From positions 1 through 64,000 of the forward strand of contig JAUCBJ010003174.1 in the NCBI GenBank assembly GCA_032718475.1: DNA of 64,000 nucleotides. Reading direction: 5' to 3'. The notes beneath the pieces are model-generated. The model did no database searches. It was not told where the DNA came from and saw only the letters and a list, made by a program, of their open reading frames with translations. Position numbers and translations under genes: made by a program. This document shows, piece by piece, positions 62,801 to 64,000 of this stretch (within the stretch, counting starts at the first letter, position 1; each line of letters opens with the position of its first letter). The stretch is from Nemertoderma westbladi. Taxonomy: Eukaryota > Animalia > Xenacoelomorpha.

Positions 62801-64000
62801 TGGGAGATCGATAAACTAACCAATGAGAGTTCGATAAAGTAACCAATAGGAGATCGATAAACTAACCAATGGGAGATCGATGAACTAACCAATGGGAGAT
62901 CGATAAACTAACCAATGGGAGATCGATGAACTAACCAATGGGAGATCGATAAACTAACCAATGGGAGTTCGATAAACTAACCAATGGGAGATCGATAAAC
63001 TAACCAATGGGAGATCGATAAACTAACCAATGAGAGTTCGATAAAGTAACCAATGGTAGATCGATAAACTAACCAATGGGAGATCGATAAAGTAAACAAT
63101 GGGAGATCGATAAACTAACCAATGGGAGATCGATAAACTAACCAATGGGAGATCGATAAACTAACCAATGGGAGATCGATAAACTAAACAATGGGAGATC
63201 GATAAACTAACCAATGGGAGATCGATAAACTAACCAATGGGAGATCGATGAACTAACCAATGGGAGATCGATAAACTAACCAATGGGAGATCGATGAACT
63301 AACCAATGGGAGATCGATAAACTAACCAATGGGAGATCGATAAACTAACCAATGAGAGTTCGATAAAGTAACCAATAGGAGATCGATAAACTAACCAATG
63401 GGAGATCGATGAACTAACCAATGGGAGATCGATAAACTAACCAATGGGAGATCGATGAACTAACCAATGGGAGATCGATAAACTAACCAATGGGAGTTCG
63501 ATAAACTAACCAATGGGAGATCGATAAACTAACCAATGGGAGATCGATAAACTAACCAATAGGAGATCGATAAACTAACCAATGGGAGATCGATAAACTA
63601 ACCAATGGGAGTTCGATAAACTAACCAATGGGAGATCGATAAACTAACCAATGGGAGATCGATAAACTAACCAATGGGAGATCGATAAACTAACCAATGA
63701 GAGTTCGATAAAGTAACCAATAGGAGATCGATAAACTAACCAATGGGAGTTCGATAAACTAACCAATGGGAGATCGATAAACTAACCAATAGGAGATCGA
63801 TAAACTAACCAATAGGAGATCGATAAACTAACCAATGGGAGATCGATAAACTAACCAATGGGAGATCGATGAACTAACCAATGGGAGATCGATAAACTAA
63901 CCAATGGGAGTTCGATAAACTAACCAATGGGAGATCGATAAACTAACCAATGGGAGATCGATAAACTAACCAATGGGAGATCGATGAACTAACCAATGGG
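59845..64000 (-). repeat. 23-bp tandem array (~180 copies, runs off the window), probable donor-junction array of the upstream LYST exon
   Basis: Minus-strand unit TATCGATCTCCCATTG|gttagtt; degenerate copies lie at the acceptor-side end. Confidence 0.93.

Overview
This is eukaryotic (animal, probably invertebrate) genomic DNA with GT-AG introns, not prokaryotic. The left part (to about 16310) holds five consecutive exons of an axonemal dynein heavy chain (DNAH6-like) on the + strand. The right part holds eleven consecutive exons of a LYST (Chediak-Higashi) orthologue on the - strand (59754 to 19436), and an intronless HPS6-like ORF (- strand) just downstream of the last visible LYST exon. A 30-kb LYST intron (25671-55763) carries a Penelope-like inverted repeat, a 55-bp satellite, a hAT-type element into which a young full-length BEL/Pao LTR retrotransposon has inserted, and intronless PRDM9-like remnants. 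The most striking pattern is that several large tandem arrays are amplified copies of the exon|intron 5' splice-donor junction (units of 36, ~21, 40, 30, 54 and, by prediction, 23 bp). They extend only into the intron and in most cases decay with distance from the exon. Second, the BEL element lacks a tRNA primer-binding site and instead has a 12-nt PBS complementary to its own LTR (Tf1-like self-priming geometry). It also has a cluster of donor motifs in gag, one of which is duplicated and breaks the ORF. A probable rearrangement or misjoin at ~16310 appears to truncate DNAH6, HPS6 and LYST. Homology calls come from my recall of the human proteins, not from database searches, and copy numbers are estimated from array length divided by unit length.
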